NCBI RefSeq assembly: GCF_001598795.1
Contig: NZ_BCZP01000033.1
Coordinates: 1-32,000 of the forward strand
Direction of reading: 5' to 3'
DNA length: 32,000 nt
Source: Delftia acidovorans NBRC 14950
GTDB lineage: Bacteria; Pseudomonadota; Gammaproteobacteria; Burkholderiales; Burkholderiaceae_C
The translations under genes and the position numbers were made by a program. The notes beneath the pieces are model-generated. The model was not told where the DNA came from and did not search any database. It worked only from the letters and a program-made list of their open reading frames with translations. Numbering within the stretch: position 1 is the stretch's first letter; the number at the start of each line of letters is the position of its first letter. Positions 1 to 10,271 of the stretch are shown here, piece by piece.

Positions 1-6
1 CCCAAG

Positions 7-38
7 AAACCCCGTAGCCCAAAGCTACGGGGTTTTTT
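7..38. terminator. Rho-independent terminator hairpin, probably for a + strand gene upstream of the window
   Basis: Perfect 9-bp stem CCCCGTAGC (10-18) / GCTACGGGG (24-32) with a 5-nt loop. T6 run at 33-38; AAA at 7-9 precedes the stem. Confidence 0.7.
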
Positions 39-92
39 GCATTGGGATGCAGGAAACGGGGGAACAGGCTGAACAGCCAAAACGGACATCCC

Positions 93-124
93 AAAAAAGA
101 GAGCGCTGACGCGCTCTCTTTTTT
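93..124. terminator. Bidirectional rho-independent terminator; ends the minus-strand amidotransferase gene
   Basis: A6 (93-98), stem GAGAGCGC (99-106), loop TGAC, stem GCGCTCTC (111-118), T-run 119-124. Lies 20 nt beyond the stop of CDS 145-912. Confidence 0.75.
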
Positions 125-144
125 CATTTTGAATGCGCAATGCT

Positions 145-912
145 TCAGAGCGGCAGGCATTCACCCTGTACAAAGACCTTGAGTTCGCCCGACTGGATCG
201 AGGTCCAGGTTTCATTCTTGGTCAACGGCGCTGTGACGATGATGGCCACACGGTCCTGTGGTGTGGTCTCTCGGGCGAAGTCCACGGTAAGGTCCTCATC
301 CGACAGATGGGCCTGGGCAAAGGGGTGGCGTCGTTCGATGTAGCACAGGTGTGTGGTGGCATGGGCCCACAGCGCTTCGCCGTTGGACAGCAGGAAGTTG
401 AAGGTGCCGTGTGGCGAGATGCGCCTGGCCAGTTCGCGCAGCGTATGCGTGAGTTCCTGCACACTGGGCAGGCCGGCATGGGACTTCCAGAGCTCCTGAA
501 GAATCCAGCAGAAGGCCTGCTCGCTGTCGGTGTTGCCTACCGGATGGAAGTGGGCATGCAGTTTGGGAGCGAAGCCCTTGAGATCTCCGTTGTGGGCAAA
601 GACCCAGTTGCGGCCCCACAGTTCACGCACGAAGGGGTGGCAGTTCTGCAGGCTTACCGCGCCCTGCGTGGCCTTGCGGATGTGGGCGATGACGTTGCGG
701 CTCTTGATCGGGTACTCGCGTATCAGCTTGGCGATGGGCGAGTCGATGGCGCGCTCATAGCCGACGAAGTGGCGCAGGCCCTTGTCCTCGAAGAAGGCGA
801 TGCCCCAGCCGTCCGTATGGTCGCCGGTATTGCCCGCCCGCTGGGTGAACCCCGAGAAGCTGAAGCGCACGTCGGTGGGCGTGTTGCAGTTCATTCCAAG
901 CAGCTGGCACAT
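145..912 (-). CDS. Class II (Ntn) glutamine amidotransferase, YafJ-like
   Basis: ORF 145..1095 trimmed to the internal Met giving MCQLLGMNCN..., the Met-Cys2 nucleophile N-terminus typical of class II GATases (CAT at 910-912). Also contains HIRKAT, CHPF and FAHNG motifs. Confidence 0.85.
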   Translation of the reverse strand: MCQLLGMNCNTPTDVRFSFSGFTQRAGNTGDHTDGWGIAFFEDKGLRHFVGYERAIDSPIAKLIREYPIKSRNVIAHIRKATQGAVSLQNCHPFVRELWGRNWVFAHNGDLKGFAPKLHAHFHPVGNTDSEQAFCWILQELWKSHAGLPSVQELTHTLRELARRISPHGTFNFLLSNGEALWAHATTHLCYIERRHPFAQAHLSDEDLTVDFARETTPQDRVAIIVTAPLTKNETWTSIQSGELKVFVQGECLPL

Positions 913-1011
913 GGCGGTATCGTTGTTTGCGTAGTTCAAGCCATAGCCTAACGCCTGGCGCGGCAGCTGCAAGCACAATGCGGGGCAACGGCAAAAAAAC
1001 GGAACACACCC

Positions 1012-1680
1012 ATGCCCATCCTCTGTCTGCATACGGCGCACAGCAACGCCGTGATCTTCGAGCAGGCGGCTGCCGAACTGGGCTGGCCGGCCCACTCAAT
1101 CGTTCATCAGGTGCATGAGGAACTGCTGTTGGAGGCGGAGGCTGCAGGTGGCATGAATGCGTCGCTTCGGCAGAAAACGGCAGGGCAGCTCGATGCGCTG
1201 GCAGACCATGCCGACATCGATGCCGTGCTGCTGACCTGCTCGACCCTGGGTCCGGCCGTGGCGGATTGCCGCAGTGGCAAGGTCTGGCGTGCCGATGGCA
1301 TGCTGGCGCGCAAGGTGGCCGCTGCCTTGCAAAGTGACCCCGGATCGCGCATTGCACTGCTGTGCGCCGCTCCCACAACGTACGAAGCCACGCGCAGTCT
1401 GTTCATGGGAGAACTGCAGCAAGGCAACGCAGATCAACGCATGCAGCTGCAGTGTGTTGAAGGGGCCTGGGCTCTTTTTCGCAGTGGTGATGTCGCCGGC
1501 TATGTGGCGTGCATGGCCGAGGCGGCTGTTCAGGCCCATGCCGCGGGTGCCACCCAGGTGGCCCTGACGCAGGTGTCCATGGATGGCGTTGCCAGGCACT
1601 GGAAGCCAGATACCTCCATGCCTGTGCCCTGGACGGTGGCTGGGAGTGCACTGCAGGCACTCATGGAAATACGGGATTAA
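1012..1680 (+). CDS. Hypothetical protein, possibly Asp/Glu/hydantoin racemase-like
   Basis: 222-aa ORF, codon usage in line with neighbouring genes, ends at a bidirectional terminator. The family assignment rests only on a weak resemblance (LLTCSTLG segment). No clear SD upstream. Confidence 0.5.
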   Translation: MPILCLHTAHSNAVIFEQAAAELGWPAHSIVHQVHEELLLEAEAAGGMNASLRQKTAGQLDALADHADIDAVLLTCSTLGPAVADCRSGKVWRADGMLARKVAAALQSDPGSRIALLCAAPTTYEATRSLFMGELQQGNADQRMQLQCVEGAWALFRSGDVAGYVACMAEAAVQAHAAGATQVALTQVSMDGVARHWKPDTSMPVPWTVAGSALQALMEIRD

Positions 1681-1695
1681 AGACCAGGTTTCATG

Positions 1696-1721
1696 AAAAA
1701 AGGCAGCCAAAGCTGCCTTTT
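1696..1721. terminator. Bidirectional terminator between convergent genes
   Basis: A-run 1696-1700, stem AGGCAGC (1701-1707), loop CAAA, stem GCTGCCT (1712-1718), T-run to 1721. Confidence 0.75.
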
Positions 1722-1743
1722 GCATGCATTGAGCGAAAGATCC

Positions 1744-1932
1744 TCAGCTGCGTTCGGACCAGAGCTTGCCGCCCGTGGCCCAGTTTTCGCGCTTGATGTC
1801 GGTGATCAGGATGTCCACCGATTCGGGCGAGCCACCGAGGACTTCGACCGAGACGCGCGTGATCTCTTCGACCAGCTTGCGCTTTTGTTCGACGGTGCGG
1901 CCTTCCATCATTTCGACGTGGTACGTGGGCAT
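1744..1932 (-). CDS. 4-oxalocrotonate tautomerase family protein
   Basis: Trimmed to MPTYHVEMMEGRT... (62 aa). Has the Pro1 N-terminus and size typical of the tautomerase superfamily. CAT at 1930-1932. Confidence 0.85.
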   Translation of the reverse strand: MPTYHVEMMEGRTVEQKRKLVEEITRVSVEVLGGSPESVDILITDIKRENWATGGKLWSERS

Positions 1933-1956
1933 GTCAATCTCCTCAGGGATCAAGTT

Positions 1957-2205
1957 CTAGGGGGGTTGGGTCGGCGACATCATATCGGCCGACGCGGGCG
2001 GTCGAGGCTTGTCAGTGCCAAGCGCGCAGGCGGGGCACAGGCAGGCCTTGTTGCGCATGGGCTCCGGAATGCGGGCCAGTGCATCGGGTGCCACCGGGGT
2101 GTCCATGCACCAGCAGTTCAGCGGATCAACGCCCGCAAGAATGGCGCATTGATTGCTGCGGCCGCACAGCGGACACAGGCTGGCATCGGGGGGAGGGGCA
2201 CTCAT
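1957..2205 (-). CDS. Cysteine-rich CWC family protein
   Basis: 82 aa with CPLCG-x4-C ... CWC ... CLCPAC cysteine pattern. Immediately upstream of, and co-oriented with, the tautomerase gene. Confidence 0.7.
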   Translation of the reverse strand: MSAPPPDASLCPLCGRSNQCAILAGVDPLNCWCMDTPVAPDALARIPEPMRNKACLCPACALGTDKPRPPASADMMSPTQPP

Positions 2206-2228
2206 CGTGGTTCTGAGTGTAGATCCAT

Positions 2229-2263
2229 GAAAAAAGCACCTCAGGCAAGCCTGGGTGCTTTTT
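2229..2263. terminator. Terminator hairpin downstream of glcB
   Basis: A-run 2229-2235, imperfect stem GCACC(T)CAGG / CCTGGGTGC with CAAG loop, T5 at 2259-2263. Lies between the glcB stop (2286) and the start of the next minus-strand gene. Confidence 0.6.
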
Positions 2264-2285
2264 CAAGCGCCGGGCGCCGCCCGCG

Positions 2286-4478
2286 TCAGGCGGCGGCCTT
2301 GACCTTCAGGCGCCAGGCATGCAGCAGGGGCTCGGTGTAGCCACTGGGTTGCTCCTTGCCCTTGAAAACCAGGTCACAGGCGGCCTGGTAGGCCATCGAG
2401 GTGTCGAAGTGGCCGGCCATGGGCTTGTACAGCGCATCGCCCGCGTTCTGCTGGTCGACCACGGCGGCCATGCGCTCGAAGGTCTCGCGGACCTGGGCCT
2501 CGGTCACGATGCCGTGCTGCAGCCAGTTGGCGATGTGCTGGCTGGAGATGCGCAGCGTGGCGCGGTCTTCCATCAGGCCCACGTTGTGGATGTCGGGCAC
2601 CTTGGAGCAGCCCACGCCCTGGTCCACCCAGCGCACCACATAGCCGAGGATGCCCTGGACGTTGTTGTCCAGCTCCTGCTGCTTTTCAGCCGCGCTCCAC
2701 TTGTCTTCCTTGACCACGGGCACCTGCAGCAGGTCGGCCAGGATGGTGGCGCGCTCGGCGTCGGCATTGGTCTGCTCCAGCTGCTTTTGCACTTCGGCCA
2801 CGTTGACCTGGTGGTAGTGCAGGGCGTGCAGCGTGGCGGCCGTGGGCGAGGGCACCCAGGCGGTATTGGCGCCGGCCTTGGGGTGGCCGATCTTTTGCTC
2901 CAGCATGGCCTTCATCAGGTCGGGCATGGCCCACATGCCCTTGCCGATCTGCGCCTTGCCGCGCAGGCCCAGGCCCAGGCCCACGAGCACGTTGCTGCGC
3001 TCATAGGCGGCCAGCCAGGCGCTGCCCTTCATGTCGGCCTTGCGGACCATGGGGCCGGCATACATGGCGGTGTGCATTTCGTCGCCCGTGCGGTCCAGGA
3101 AGCCGGTGTTGATGAAGGCCACGCGCGATGCGGCAGCGGCGATGCAGGCCTTGAGGTTGACGCTGGTGCGGCGCTCCTCGTCCATGATGCCCAGCTTGAC
3201 GGTGTTCTCGGGCAGGCCCAGCACCTTTTCCACGCGGCCGAACAGCTCGCTGGCGAAGGCGGCTTCCGCGGGGCCGTGCATCTTGGGCTTGACGATGTAG
3301 ACGCTGCCCGTGCGCGAGTTGCGGATGCCGTTGGCGCCCAGACCCTTGATGTCGTGGACGGCGATGGCCGTGGTGACCATGGCGTCCAGGATGCCCTCGG
3401 GGATTTCCTTGCCGTTGTCCCAGAGGATGGCCGGGTTGGTCATCAGGTGACCGACATTGCGCACGAACATCAGCGAACGGCCATGCAGCTTGACGGGCTT
3501 GCCATCGGCGCCCGTGTACTCGCGGTCGGCGTTCAGTCCGCGCGTCATGCTCTTGCCGCCCTTGTCGAAGGTTTCGGTCAGCGTGCCCTTGAGGATGCCC
3601 AGCCAGTTGGCATAGCCCACCACCTTGTCTTCGGCATCCACGGCGGCCACGGAGTCTTCCAGGTCCAAGATGGTGGACAGGGCGGCTTCGACCACCACGT
3701 CGGCCACGCCGGCGGCATCGGTCTGGCCGATGGCCGTGGTCTTGTCGATGCGGATGTCGATGTGCAGGCCGTTGTTGAGCAGCAGCACGGAAGAGGGCGC
3801 CGCGGCATCGCCTTGGTAGCCGACGAACTGGGCGGTGTTCTTCAGGCCCGTGGTGCCGCCGCTCTTGAGTGCGACGACCAGCTGGCCAGCTTCCACGCGA
3901 TAGCCGGCGGCATCCTTGTGCGAGCCCGAGGCCAGCGGGGCTGCCTGGTCCAGGAAATCACGTGCGAAGGCGATCACCTTGGCGCCGCGCACGGGGTTGT
4001 AGCCCTTGCCCTTTTCCGCGCCACCGTCTTCGCCGATGGCGTCCGTGCCGTACAGCGCGTCATACAACGAACCCCAGCGCGCGTTGGCGGCGTTCAGCGC
4101 ATAGCGGGCGTTGAGAATGGGCACGACCAGCTGGGGACCGGCCTGGATGGCCAGTTCCGCATCCACATTGGTGGTGGTGGCCTTGGCATCCTTGGGCTGC
4201 TCGACCAGATAGCCGATCTGCGTCAGGAACTGCTGGTAGCCGGCCATGTCGGTGATGGGGCCGGGATGGGCCTTGTGCCAGGTGTCCAGCTCGGTCTGCA
4301 GGCGGTCACGCTCGGCCAGCAGGGCGGCATTGCGAGGAGCCAGATCGTTGACGATCGCGTCGAAGCCTTTCCAGAACGCCTCGGGAGCGACACCGGTGCC
4401 CGGGAGCACTTGTTCATTGATGAAACGGTGCAGCTCTGTAGCGACCTGCAGGCTGTGGGCTTGGGTGCGATCGGTCAT
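2286..4478 (-). CDS. glcB: Malate synthase G
   Basis: 730-aa ORF with full-length similarity to malate synthase G (N-terminus MTDRTQ...[14 protein letters not shown], typical length). Confidence 0.96.
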   Translation of the reverse strand: MTDRTQAHSLQVATELHRFINEQVLPGTGVAPEAFWKGFDAIVNDLAPRNAALLAERDRLQTELDTWHKAHPGPITDMAGYQQFLTQIGYLVEQPKDAKATTTNVDAELAIQAGPQLVVPILNARYALNAANARWGSLYDALYGTDAIGEDGGAEKGKGYNPVRGAKVIAFARDFLDQAAPLASGSHKDAAGYRVEAGQLVVALKSGGTTGLKNTAQFVGYQGDAAAPSSVLLLNNGLHIDIRIDKTTAIGQTDAAGVADVVVEAALSTILDLEDSVAAVDAEDKVVGYANWLGILKGTLTETFDKGGKSMTRGLNADREYTGADGKPVKLHGRSLMFVRNVGHLMTNPAILWDNGKEIPEGILDAMVTTAIAVHDIKGLGANGIRNSRTGSVYIVKPKMHGPAEAAFASELFGRVEKVLGLPENTVKLGIMDEERRTSVNLKACIAAAASRVAFINTGFLDRTGDEMHTAMYAGPMVRKADMKGSAWLAAYERSNVLVGLGLGLRGKAQIGKGMWAMPDLMKAMLEQKIGHPKAGANTAWVPSPTAATLHALHYHQVNVAEVQKQLEQTNADAERATILADLLQVPVVKEDKWSAAEKQQELDNNVQGILGYVVRWVDQGVGCSKVPDIHNVGLMEDRATLRISSQHIANWLQHGIVTEAQVRETFERMAAVVDQQNAGDALYKPMAGHFDTSMAYQAACDLVFKGKEQPSGYTEPLLHAWRLKVKAAA

Positions 4479-4529
4479 GGTGGGAACCCCGGGTTGGATG
4501 GATGGAAAGGCTTGGCAGACCCTTTTCGG

Positions 4530-4620
4530 GCCTGACTATAAGGAATACTTTATTAGATTTATTTGCGTACATAAATAGACCATAAATCTTAAAACTCGTG
4601 ACTTTTACGCAAAAATGTGG
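4530..4620. promoter_or_regulatory. AT-rich divergent glcB / LysR control region with inverted repeats
   Basis: Sharp AT-rich island in GC-rich DNA. The 8-mer TTTGCGTA (4562-4569) and its exact reverse complement TACGCAAA (4606-4613) are both present. Dyad ATTTA-N9-TAAAT around 4558-4576. Confidence 0.4.
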
Positions 4621-4782
4621 GAAGGTTATGCGCGCGCCAAAACCGGCCGGCTTTGGCGCGCAGCCCTATGCATGGTGCACATGGAGGACAGCCAGTGCCC
4701 ACTATGCAAAAAGGCGAGTCACAGGAGACGGGTGTGCGGTCGCATGCCCCACAAGAACACGGAAAAGAAACGGACAGCGGTC

Positions 4783-5718
4783 ATGGACAAGCTCAAGGCA
4801 TTCGAGTCATTCGTATCGGTGGCAACGCGCGGCAGCCTCACGGCAGCGGCCAAGGCGGAAGGCGTGGCACCGGCCATCATGGGGCGGCGCCTCGATGCCC
4901 TGGAAGAGCACCTGGGCGTCAAGCTCATGGTGCGCACCACGCGGCGCATCTCCCTCACGCATGAGGGCAGCGCCTTTCTTGAGGATTGCCAGCGCCTGCT
5001 GTCCGATGTGTCCAACGCCGAGGCCAGTGTCAGCGCGGGCGGGGTCAAGGCCACGGGCCACCTGCGCATCACGGCGCCGGCGGGCTTTGGCAGGCGGCAC
5101 GTGGCGCCCCTGGTGCCGCTCTTTCGGGATCTGCACCCGGATGTGACGATTTCCCTGAACCTCAGCGACCGCGTGGTCGATCTGGCCGGCGAAGGCTTTG
5201 ACTGTGCGGTGCGCGTGGGCGATCTGCCCGACTCGGCCCTGGTCAGTGTGCGCATTGCCGACAACCGGCGCCAGTGCGTCGCCACGCCTGCCTATCTGGA
5301 GCGCCGAGGCACGCCGCGCCACCCCAGCGAGTTGACCCAGCACGACTGCCTGACGCTGTCCAGCGACGCCTCGCAGACGCGTGGCTGGGCCTTCCGCATC
5401 CCCCATCCCGACAGCGGCACCAGCGAGGTCGTGCACTTCAAGCCGGGCGGTCCGCTGGACTGCTCCGACGGCCAGGTACTGCACGACTGGTGCCTGGGCG
5501 GCTGGGGCATCGCCTGGCGCAGCACCTGGGAGGTCGAGGCCGAGATCACCTCGGGCCGCCTGGTGGCTGTGCTCGAAACATTCGCGGCACCGCCCAATGG
5601 CATTTTTGTCGTCTTTCCCCAGCGCAAGCACATGCCGCTGCGTGTGCGGCTGTGGATCGACTATCTCAAGCACCACTACGAGCAGCCGGATTTCTGGCGG
5701 CGTACCCACGCGGCCTGA
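4783..5718 (+). CDS. LysR family transcriptional regulator
   Basis: Trimmed to MDKLKAFESFVSVATRGSLTAAAKAEGVAPAIMGRRLDALEEHLGVKL..., a canonical LysR winged-HTH N-terminus (ATG 4783). Divergent from glcB. Confidence 0.9.
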   Translation: MDKLKAFESFVSVATRGSLTAAAKAEGVAPAIMGRRLDALEEHLGVKLMVRTTRRISLTHEGSAFLEDCQRLLSDVSNAEASVSAGGVKATGHLRITAPAGFGRRHVAPLVPLFRDLHPDVTISLNLSDRVVDLAGEGFDCAVRVGDLPDSALVSVRIADNRRQCVATPAYLERRGTPRHPSELTQHDCLTLSSDASQTRGWAFRIPHPDSGTSEVVHFKPGGPLDCSDGQVLHDWCLGGWGIAWRSTWEVEAEITSGRLVAVLETFAAPPNGIFVVFPQRKHMPLRVRLWIDYLKHHYEQPDFWRRTHAA

Positions 5719-5746
5719 GCGGGCCGCCCAGCAAGGAGGAATAAGC

Positions 5747-6352
5747 ATGGCAGTGTCGATCGCGACGAAAGCGGTATCCGCAACGCAGGGCGCGGCCCCA
5801 GGACGGCGGCGCTGGATGCGCATGGCGCTGGGAGCCGCCTGCCTGGGCATGTTGGCAGGCTGCGCCGTCCAGGGTCCGGGGCAGGGCCGGCCGGACGGGA
5901 TGCGGCAGGGCGCGGTGCCTGCCGGCATCGTGAGCGTGACCTTTGACGATCCCTCGCGGTTCGACGCCGGGCGCAACGGACCCCAAGAGTCCGAGAAGGC
6001 GCGCCGCGCCTGGGTCGATGCGCTGGCCCAGTTCCTGGCCGAGCGTGCCGCGCCCAGGCTGCCCCAGGGCCAGCGGCTTGAAGTTCACCTCACCGATGTG
6101 CAGCGCGCAGGCGGCTTCGAGCCCTGGCGCGGGCCCCAGGCTGCCGATGTGCGCATCGTGCGCGACATCTACCCACCGCGCATCGACCTGCGCTTCAAGC
6201 TGCTGGGAGCCGATGGAAAGCTGTTGCGAGAAGGCAGCCGCCAGCTGCGCGACGCCAGCTTCATGATGCGCCCGGACCTGTATCCCAACGATCCCCTGCG
6301 CTACGAAAAGACGCTGCTGGACGACTGGGTGCGCGCGGAACTGGGGCGCTGA
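5747..6352 (+). CDS. Lipoprotein, DUF3016-like
   Basis: ATG 5747 preceded by AGGAGGA. The signal peptide ends in an LAGC lipobox. The C-terminal region resembles the DUF3016 family (recalled from memory, not searched). Alternative start at MRMALG. Confidence 0.65.
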   Translation: MAVSIATKAVSATQGAAPGRRRWMRMALGAACLGMLAGCAVQGPGQGRPDGMRQGAVPAGIVSVTFDDPSRFDAGRNGPQESEKARRAWVDALAQFLAERAAPRLPQGQRLEVHLTDVQRAGGFEPWRGPQAADVRIVRDIYPPRIDLRFKLLGADGKLLREGSRQLRDASFMMRPDLYPNDPLRYEKTLLDDWVRAELGR

Positions 6353-6459
6353 CCGGACCGCAGTGGTCTACCGATTGCCTCGGACATCACGATGGCAGTC
6401 CCCGTTTCTGGCGTAATGGACGCTTGGCCCAAGAGGCCCAATTTCTATACGGATTCCCC

Positions 6460-6906
6460 ATGACGATAGAAGCCATCCTGGCCAGCCTCCACCTGCTGGC
6501 CATCCTCACCTTCGTGGTGTTCCTGTCCAGCCAGGCGGCGCTGTGCCGCAGCGAGTGGATGAGCGCCGCCGTGGTGCAGCGTCTGGCGCGGCTGGACATG
6601 ATCTATGGCCTTGCCGTGGTCTTCCTGGTGCTGACCGGCATCGCCCGTCTGGTGTGGGGCGTCAAGGGCATGTCCTGGTACGTCTCGCAGCCACTGTTTC
6701 ATCTAAAGATGACTTTGTTTGTCGTCGGTGCGCTGCTGTCGATCAAGCCCACGCTGGCCTTCCGGCGCTGGCGCCGCGCGCTGGATGCCGGCCAGGGTCT
6801 GCCCCAGCCGGCCGAGGTCGCCAGCACGCGCCGCTGGGTGATGTGGCAGGCCCATGTGGTGCCCGTGATCGCCGTCGTCGCGGTGTTCTGGGCGCGGGGC
6901 ATGTAG
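6460..6906 (+). CDS. Small integral membrane protein (DUF2214-like)
   Basis: Four hydrophobic helices. Start trimmed to MTIEAIL (ATG 6460). Confidence 0.65.
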   Translation: MTIEAILASLHLLAILTFVVFLSSQAALCRSEWMSAAVVQRLARLDMIYGLAVVFLVLTGIARLVWGVKGMSWYVSQPLFHLKMTLFVVGALLSIKPTLAFRRWRRALDAGQGLPQPAEVASTRRWVMWQAHVVPVIAVVAVFWARGM

Positions 6907-6960
6907 GCTCCGTTGTCCTGTCCGGCGGCATGGGGTGGGCCTGCCACGTAGAATCCGCCG

Positions 6961-8658
6961 ATGCTCTCCGTCAAACAGGAACTGCTCGCGGCTCTGGCCG
7001 GCGAGCTTGAAACTTTGTCGCCCGGCGCCGGTGCCCGTGCCGCTTTTGAATCCCCCAAGGTGGCTGCGCATGGCGATTTCGCCTGCACCGCCGCCATGCA
7101 GCTGGCCAAGCCGCTCAAGCTCAACCCGCGTGCGCTGGGCGAGCAGCTCAAGGCTGCGCTGGAGGCCACGCCGTCCTTCCAGCGTTGGGTCGATGCCATC
7201 GAGATCGCCGGCCCCGGCTTTCTGAACATCCGCCTCAAGCCCGCCGCCAAGCAGCAAATCATCCGCGAAGTGCTGGAGCAGGCCGAGAAGTTCGGCTGGC
7301 TGGCCGACCGTGGCGCAAAGATGCTGGTCGAGTTCGTCTCCGCCAACCCCACCGGCCCGCTGCACGTAGGCCATGGCCGCCAGGCCGCGCTGGGCGATGC
7401 CATCTGCAACCTCTATGCCACCCAGGGCTGGGGCGTGCACCGCGAGTTCTACTACAACGACGCGGGCGTGCAGATCGACACGCTGACCAAGAGCACGCAG
7501 CTGCGTGCCAAGGGCTTCAAGCCCGGTGACGAATGCTGGCCCATCGATCCCGAGAATCCGGCAAGCAAGGCCTTCTACAACGGCTCCTACATCCAGGACA
7601 TCGCCGACGACTTCCTGGCCTGCAAGACCGTCAAGGCCGATGACCGCGAATTCACGGCCAACGGCGATGTCGAGGACTACGACAACATCCGCCAGTTCGC
7701 CGTCGCCTATCTGCGCAACGAGCAGGACAAGGACCTGCAGGCCTTCAACCTGCACTTTGACGAGTACTACCTCGAATCCAGCCTCTACACCAACGGCTAT
7801 GTCGAGGACGCGGTGCAGCGCCTGATCGCGGGCGGACATACCTACGAACTCGACGGCGCGCTCTGGCTCAAGTCCACCGACTACGGTGACGACAAGGACC
7901 GCGTGATGCGCAAGCAGGACGGCAACTACACGTACTTCGTGCCCGATGTCGCCTACCACATCCAGAAATTCAAGCGCGGCTACTCCAAGGTCGTCAACAT
8001 CCAGGGCACGGACCACCACGGCACCATCGCGCGCGTGCGCGCTGGCCTGCAGGCCGCCGACGTGGGCATCCCTGCCGGCTATCCCGACTATGTGCTGCAC
8101 ACCATGGTGCGCGTGGTGCGCGGCGGCGAGGAAGTCAAGATCAGCAAGCGCGCCGGCTCCTACGTCACGCTGCGCGACCTGATCGAATGGACCAGCAAGG
8201 ATGCGGTGCGTTTCTTCCTGCTGTCCCGCAAGCCCGACACTGAGTACACCTTCGACGTGGACCTGGCCGTGGCCCAGAACAACGACAACCCCGTGTACTA
8301 CGTGCAGTACGCCCATGCGCGCATCTGCTCGGTGCTGGCCGCCTGGGGGGGTGACGCGGCCACGCTCAAGGACGTGGACCTGTCGGCGCTGGAAGGCCCG
8401 CAGGCCCAGGCGCTGATGCTGCAGCTGGCCAAGTACCCGGCCATGCTGACCTCGGCCGCAGAAGGCAATGCGCCGCACGACGTGACGTTCTACCTGCGCG
8501 AACTGGCCTCGCTGTACCACAGCTACTACGACGCGGAACGCATCCTGGTGGACGACGAAAAGGTCAAGCTCGCCCGCCTGGCGCTGATCTCGGCCACGCG
8601 CCAGGTATTGCACAATGGCCTGGCAGTGCTGGGCGTCTCGGCCCCGCAACGCATGTAA
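6961..8658 (+). CDS. argS: Arginine--tRNA ligase
   Basis: 565 aa. Class I motifs [11 protein letters not shown] (HIGH-like) and KISKRAG (KMSK-like), with full-length ArgRS similarity. Confidence 0.96.
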   Translation: MLSVKQELLAALAGELETLSPGAGARAAFESPKVAAHGDFACTAAMQLAKPLKLNPRALGEQLKAALEATPSFQRWVDAIEIAGPGFLNIRLKPAAKQQIIREVLEQAEKFGWLADRGAKMLVEFVSANPTGPLHVGHGRQAALGDAICNLYATQGWGVHREFYYNDAGVQIDTLTKSTQLRAKGFKPGDECWPIDPENPASKAFYNGSYIQDIADDFLACKTVKADDREFTANGDVEDYDNIRQFAVAYLRNEQDKDLQAFNLHFDEYYLESSLYTNGYVEDAVQRLIAGGHTYELDGALWLKSTDYGDDKDRVMRKQDGNYTYFVPDVAYHIQKFKRGYSKVVNIQGTDHHGTIARVRAGLQAADVGIPAGYPDYVLHTMVRVVRGGEEVKISKRAGSYVTLRDLIEWTSKDAVRFFLLSRKPDTEYTFDVDLAVAQNNDNPVYYVQYAHARICSVLAAWGGDAATLKDVDLSALEGPQAQALMLQLAKYPAMLTSAAEGNAPHDVTFYLRELASLYHSYYDAERILVDDEKVKLARLALISATRQVLHNGLAVLGVSAPQRM

Positions 8659-8678
8659 CTTCGAGCGACAAGCGATCT

Positions 8679-9368
8679 ATGAAGACACAGCAACGTGGGG
8701 GCACCGTCATCGGTCTCATCATCGGCATGATCGTCGGGCTGGCAGCAGCCCTGGCCGTCGCCGTCTATGTGACCAAGGTGCCCGTGCCCTTTCTCTCCAA
8801 GGGCGGCAAGACGGCCGACCAGGACGCGGCCGAGGCCCAGCGCAACAAGAACTGGGACCCCAACGCGCCGCTGCAGGGCAAGAACCCGGCGCCGCCACCA
8901 CCGGCCGCCGTCACGCCCAGCCTCCCCGGCAGCACCGCACCAACCGCCCCCACCCCGCCCGCCGTGGCCGGAGGCGTGACTCCACCACCCGCGCCCGTGG
9001 ACCCGGCCAAGCCGCCCGCCAAGCCCGAAACCAAGGCCGATGGCAAGAGCTCGGCCGATCCGCTGGGTGACCTGGTCAAGTCGCGCTCCGCCGCCGCCGA
9101 GAAGGCGGAAAAGGCAGAAAAGGCCGACGCCGCCTTCAACTACTTCGTGCAGGCCGGTGCCTTCCGCAGCCAGGGCGATGCCGACGCGCAGCGCGCCAAG
9201 CTGGCCATGCTGGGTTGGGAGGCGCGCGTGAGCGAGCGCGAGCAAAACGGCATCACCATCTTCCGCGTGCGTGTGGGTCCGTTCACCAAGCGCGACGATG
9301 CCGAGCAGCTCAAGCAAAAGCTCGATGGCGCCGGGGTCGAGTCCACGCTGGTGCGCGCCGCACGCTGA
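8679..9368 (+). CDS. SPOR domain-containing protein (septal peptidoglycan binding)
   Basis: N-terminal TM helix, Pro/Ala-rich linker, and a C-terminal SPOR-like segment FVQAGAFRSQGDADAQRAKLAMLG...FRVRVGPF. Confidence 0.85.
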   Translation: MKTQQRGGTVIGLIIGMIVGLAAALAVAVYVTKVPVPFLSKGGKTADQDAAEAQRNKNWDPNAPLQGKNPAPPPPAAVTPSLPGSTAPTAPTPPAVAGGVTPPPAPVDPAKPPAKPETKADGKSSADPLGDLVKSRSAAAEKAEKAEKADAAFNYFVQAGAFRSQGDADAQRAKLAMLGWEARVSEREQNGITIFRVRVGPFTKRDDAEQLKQKLDGAGVESTLVRAAR

Positions 9369-9449
9369 AAGCGCGTTGCAACAAGAGCGCTGAACTTTTG
9401 GCGGGCCCCTGCCTCCTAACCTGCAGCATTGAACGAGGAGTTTGTTTTG

Positions 9450-10100
9450 ATGAATCGCCGCGACTTTTCCCTGGCTGCCTCGGCAGCCGCTGCCAGCGCA
9501 CTGACGCTGGGCACTTCCGCCGCCCAGGCCCAGGCCGCAGCGCCCAAGGAGGGCAAGGACTACATCAAGCTGGCCAAGCCCGCACCCACCAGCGCCGGCG
9601 CCGGCAAGGTCGAGGTGGTCGAGTTCTTCTGGTACAGCTGCCCGCACTGCAATGCGTTCGAGCCCACCTTTGCCGCCTGGAAGAACCAGGCCCCGGCCGA
9701 CGTGGTCGTGCACCGCGTGCCCGTGGCCTTCAACGCCAGCTTCGTGCCCCAGCAAAAGCTCTACTACGCCTTCGAAGGCATGAACCTGCTGGACACCATG
9801 CATGCGCGCGCCTTCCACGCCATCCATGTGGAACGCAACCGCCTGGCCAAGGACGACGAGATCTTCGCCTGGGTCGGCAAGCAGGGCGTGGACGTGGCCA
9901 AGTTCAAGGAGGTCTACAACTCCTTCAGCGTCTCCAACCAGGTTCGCAAGGCCACCCAGCTGCAGCAGGACTATGACGTGGAAGGCGTGCCGGCCATGGG
10001 CGTGGCGGGCCGTTACTACACCGACGGCACCAAGGCCGGCAACATGACCAATGTGCTGCGCGTGGTCGATCAGCTGATCGCCACCAGCCGCAAGGGCTGA
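9450..10100 (+). CDS. dsbA: Thiol:disulfide interchange protein DsbA
   Basis: Signal peptide MNRRDFSLAASAAAASALTLG and active site FFWYSCPHCN (CPHC). Start trimmed to ATG 9450. Confidence 0.9.
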   Translation: MNRRDFSLAASAAAASALTLGTSAAQAQAAAPKEGKDYIKLAKPAPTSAGAGKVEVVEFFWYSCPHCNAFEPTFAAWKNQAPADVVVHRVPVAFNASFVPQQKLYYAFEGMNLLDTMHARAFHAIHVERNRLAKDDEIFAWVGKQGVDVAKFKEVYNSFSVSNQVRKATQLQQDYDVEGVPAMGVAGRYYTDGTKAGNMTNVLRVVDQLIATSRKG

Positions 10101-10126
10101 GGCCCGGGCCTCGGCCCAGCCAAGCC

Positions 10127-10162
10127 GCGACAGGCCCGCCATTGCGCGGGCCTGTCGCTTTT
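10127..10162 (+). terminator. Rho-independent terminator of dsbA
   Basis: Perfect 13-bp stem GCGACAGGCCCGC (10127-10139) / GCGGGCCTGTCGC (10146-10158), 6-nt loop, T4 at 10159-10162. Confidence 0.85.
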
Positions 10163-10271
10163 GGAAACCTCTTTTTGTGCCTTTGTGTCAGCGCTTTCCG
10201 TGCGCGTTGAAAGACGCCAGGAACGGTTGCGCGCGACACCCCCTACAATGGATGCAAGAAGCGTGCCCTCC

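Noticed and set aside
2319-4535. 738-aa ORF on the + strand
   Set aside because: It is entirely antisense to malate synthase G. Its composition is dominated by G/A/L/V/H/D with no recognisable domain. This is a typical shadow ORF in GC-rich DNA.
6703-8649. 648-aa ORF on the - strand
   Set aside because: It is antisense to argS, which has unambiguous class I synthetase motifs. The product is low-complexity and has no homology features.
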